From the NCBI GenBank assembly GCA_965218095.1, contig OZ244587.1:928001-992000 (forward strand): a stretch of DNA of 64,000 nucleotides, in the 5' to 3' direction. The translations under genes were made by a program, and so were the position numbers. The stretch is from Candidatus Poribacteria bacterium. Lineage in GTDB: Bacteria; Poribacteria; WGA-4E; PCPOR2b. The notes under the pieces are model-generated. The model had not been told where the DNA came from, ran no database searches, and worked only from the letters and a program-made list of their open reading frames with translations. Shown in pieces: positions 61,195-64,000 of the stretch. Each line of letters begins with the position of its first letter. Position 1 is the stretch's first letter.

Positions 61195-63618
61195 ATGCCT
61201 TGGCCAAGCCGGATCGATTATACACAGGCAGTACGCGATTTTCCTCATATCAGCATATTGGACCCAAAACTTAAAGGTGGAAACCCCCGGAGGGGTTCTA
61301 ACAACTACTTGATAGCTTACTCCGGCGGCTTTTCGATTGTGTTTCCGATTGAAGTGTTATCGAACACCTATGCGCTGCGGTGTTGGATTGCAGACATTGG
61401 GGATGCCGAAACTCGGTATGAAAAAATATCAAAGTATCTGGAACAACGCCGTTTGCCCTACTTTGTCGATTTTGCCTATGTTCCCAAAGGCATTCTGGTG
61501 AATGGTATTAAGTATTCCACCACGCGCATGGAATGGGCAGAGGGGGAAACACTTTGTGATTTTATCGAGCAAAATTTGCAGGATGCTAGGTGCTTGAAAA
61601 CCGCTGCGGCGGAATTTCAAAAGATGGTTGAAACCCTCCATACTCACCAAATTTCACACGGGGACCTTCAAGATGGAAATATCCTGTTCAAGCGAAACGG
61701 AACTGATGTCAAAATCAAGTTGATAGACTACGACAGTTTGTTCGTTCCGGCACTTCGTGGGCAACCTGATAACATTGTTGGGATTCCGGAGTATCAACAC
61801 CCTCAAAGAATAGCAGGCGGTGGGGGTGCAAACGAAAAAGTGGACTACTTTTCGGAGTTGGTGATCTATCTCTCCTTATTGAGCCTCGCGGAAAAACCCG
61901 ATCTCTGGAATCAGTTTGGGGATCGAACCGAAAAAGGGTTGTTGTTCATAGCCGAGGATTTCAAAAATCCAGACCAATCCGACGTTCTCCGAGAGCTTGA
62001 AAACCTGTCGCCGGATGTGAAGCAACTGGCTTCAAAATTAAAAGAATTTTGTAAGCTATCCATTGACCAATTGGAACCACTAGAAGCGGTGTTGCCAAAA
62101 ATCTCGCCGGCCCAGGTTGCTTACGACCTAGGTGTCACTTACCTTCACGCTCAACAATATAAAGCAGCGATTGACGAGTTCAAAAAGGCGATAGTCCTTG
62201 ACCCGAATTATAAAGAGGCACACCATGGGCTGGGCCTTGCACACTTAAAGATGGGTAGTCTTGGGGAAGCGAAAAGGGCAGCGGAAGCAGCTTTAAGAAT
62301 TGATCCGTACTATCAGCCTGCTCATCAACTTTTGGATGCTATAAAATCATCTAGTACCTCTTCTGTTGTGACTCCACCGCCTCCGCCTACAGGAATATCA
62401 AGACCGGTTTCCACAAATCCAACTTCTCAACCCTCTCCGTCTACGGGAGCACCAAGACCGACTCCCACAAATCCAGCTTCTCAGTCGTCTCCGTCCACGG
62501 GAACATCAAGACCGACTCCCACAAATCCAGCTTCTCAGCCATCTCCGTCCGCGGGAGCACCAAGACCGACTCCCACAAATCCAACTTCTCAGCCGGCAAA
62601 GCCGCAACCTACTTCCTCAAACCGTTGGCAGTACATTACTGGTGCTTTAGCTTTTGTCTTAGTGATTTGGATTGTGGCATTCGTAATCCAGATGAGCGAG
62701 GAAGATGAAGTGCTCCGCCGAAAACCGGGAGTTACTAAACCAATTCACCAAACTGCAAACGGAAACAATATCGCTGAAGAACGGAAACCAAAAGTTGCGA
62801 GACGAGAACCAAAAGTTGCAAAACAAGAACACGTTCCAAAGCCGGGGGCGATAGAGCCAACCCCCCAAACGGGGAACGAAAAGGGCACCGAAAATCCAAT
62901 TCCTATCACTCCCAGACCGGCAAGCGAAACAGGTTTTCCCGGCCAAAACCGAGAGTTGCAAAACCAACTCACCGAAGGGAGAACTGAACAGGACGAGGAA
63001 ATTCAGACTCAAATTGCTAGAGCCCACGACGAAACAGTAGCACTTCGTAGTCAAAACCAAAGATTGCGAGATGAAAACGAAAAGCTTCGTAGCGAAACCC
63101 GAATGTTGCATAACGATAACCAAAGGTTGCATAACGATAACACCACGTTACAGAAGCGACTAGACGAACTGACACAGAGTCCTGTTGAGTCAGTCCCTAG
63201 CCCCAGTTACGATCAACTTCGTGCAGAACCTCTCCAAGAGATTTCTCATAACGTCCGCCCTCGAGTAAGACTAGCTGCGATGTCTAAAAATAATCAAGGA
63301 TGCATTAACTTTAACAGGAACCAGCATCGCACAGCGATTAAACTTTTCCAAGATGCCATAAAGAACGATCCAAAATCTGCAATAGTTCACTACAACCTTG
63401 GTTGCACTTACTTAGCAATAACAGAGTATGCTGATGCCATAATTTGTCTTGACCAAGCAGTAGCTCTTGACCCAAAATTTAAAGAAGCGCACTACAACCT
63501 TGCTCTTGCTTTTCTTAGGCGGGGCCACCGTCAAGCGGCGATAAATGTGGCTCGAAAAGCCTTAAACATAGATAACAATTATCTGCCTGCTCGCCAGCTT
63601 TTAGACGCTATTGAATAG
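61195..63618 (+). CDS. Protein kinase-like domain + TPR + Pro/Ser/Thr linker + TM + coiled coil + TPR
   Basis: SGGFSIVF, HGDLQDGNI, LIDYD, YQHP; TPRs (LDPNYKEAHHGLG, DPKFKEAHYNLA); TM YITGALAFVLVIWIVAFVI. Confidence 0.88.
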   Translation: MPWPSRIDYTQAVRDFPHISILDPKLKGGNPRRGSNNYLIAYSGGFSIVFPIEVLSNTYALRCWIADIGDAETRYEKISKYLEQRRLPYFVDFAYVPKGILVNGIKYSTTRMEWAEGETLCDFIEQNLQDARCLKTAAAEFQKMVETLHTHQISHGDLQDGNILFKRNGTDVKIKLIDYDSLFVPALRGQPDNIVGIPEYQHPQRIAGGGGANEKVDYFSELVIYLSLLSLAEKPDLWNQFGDRTEKGLLFIAEDFKNPDQSDVLRELENLSPDVKQLASKLKEFCKLSIDQLEPLEAVLPKISPAQVAYDLGVTYLHAQQYKAAIDEFKKAIVLDPNYKEAHHGLGLAHLKMGSLGEAKRAAEAALRIDPYYQPAHQLLDAIKSSSTSSVVTPPPPPTGISRPVSTNPTSQPSPSTGAPRPTPTNPASQSSPSTGTSRPTPTNPASQPSPSAGAPRPTPTNPTSQPAKPQPTSSNRWQYITGALAFVLVIWIVAFVIQMSEEDEVLRRKPGVTKPIHQTANGNNIAEERKPKVARREPKVAKQEHVPKPGAIEPTPQTGNEKGTENPIPITPRPASETGFPGQNRELQNQLTEGRTEQDEEIQTQIARAHDETVALRSQNQRLRDENEKLRSETRMLHNDNQRLHNDNTTLQKRLDELTQSPVESVPSPSYDQLRAEPLQEISHNVRPRVRLAAMSKNNQGCINFNRNQHRTAIKLFQDAIKNDPKSAIVHYNLGCTYLAITEYADAIICLDQAVALDPKFKEAHYNLALAFLRRGHRQAAINVARKALNIDNNYLPARQLLDAIE
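62383..62595 (+). repeat. 54-bp coding tandem repeat, ~4 copies
   Basis: AGACCG at 62401, 62455, 62509 and 62563; encodes RPTPTNPASQPSPSTGAP variants. Confidence 0.9.
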
Positions 63619-63714
63619 GACGATCGAGGGTGAACAGTTGATTTGGAAGGGGAATTCATTAGTAATTTGTTGAGTTGTGTATGAGGCATCATATCTTAAT
63701 TACGGGGGGATTGG

Positions 63715-64000
63715 ATGGCGTTAAAAACCTGTTTGATGATTGGTGGCAGCGGTATGGCAGGTAGATGGATCCGAAACTTTGTCGATAACTTCAGCGATTG
63801 GATAAAGATTATTGGATTGGTGGATGTGCTGCCAGAGGTGCTGGAACAGCAGGGAGTGGCACTCGGTCTCAGCGCAAATCAACTTTTCACCGACTTTAAC
63901 GAAGCGTGCGCGACGGTCAAAGCGGACTTCTGCGGCGTTGCGACGCCCCCGCAATTCCATAGCCCTGCAGCCATCGCCGCGATGGAAAACGGAATGCCGG
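63715..64000 (+). CDS. Gfo/Idh/MocA oxidoreductase N-terminus; runs off window
   Basis: MALKTCLMIGGSGMAGRW...IGLVDV...ADFCGVATPPQFH...AMENGMP. Confidence 0.85.
   Translation, partial: MALKTCLMIGGSGMAGRWIRNFVDNFSDWIKIIGLVDVLPEVLEQQGVALGLSANQLFTDFNEACATVKADFCGVATPPQFHSPAAIAAMENGMP

Noticed and set aside
62383-62595. Possible CRISPR array
   Set aside because: Contiguous in-frame 54-bp repeats without unique spacers; no cas genes in the window.

Overview
Bacterial chromosomal window of about 50% GC. The gene content (many Gfo/Idh/MocA oxidoreductases, BNR/sialidase-like, PhyH, LLM, DHDPS-like and HEAT/TPR proteins) resembles Candidatus Poribacteria-type heterotrophs; this assignment is an inference. 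In order it contains: the ligA 3' end, an AddA-like helicase-nuclease, cstA, a decayed phage/plasmid primase-helicase remnant next to a hicB/hicA-like pair, nadB, a MITE, a nested IS701/IS5 scar, tamB plus an Omp85 gene, a convergent operon of an Ig-domain AAA+ ATPase and a 2000-aa carbohydrate-binding surface protein, a long catabolic region, bioB, and a membrane-anchored vWA-PP2C-kinase (TerY-P-like) triad. The most striking signals are below gene scale. First, short repeats (CCCGAT-N2/3-ATCGGG palindromes, GTAG-type REPs, 7-8-mer arrays) insert in frame into proteins, including two clean 27-nt insertions. Second, a ~185-nt structured RNA candidate at 36327-36510 carries motifs of those repeats. 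Third, an unannotated 45-aa basic ORF is flanked by structured RNA. Fourth, perfect 8-20 bp tandem duplications recur and break genes. All calls come from reading the sequence; no database searches were run.
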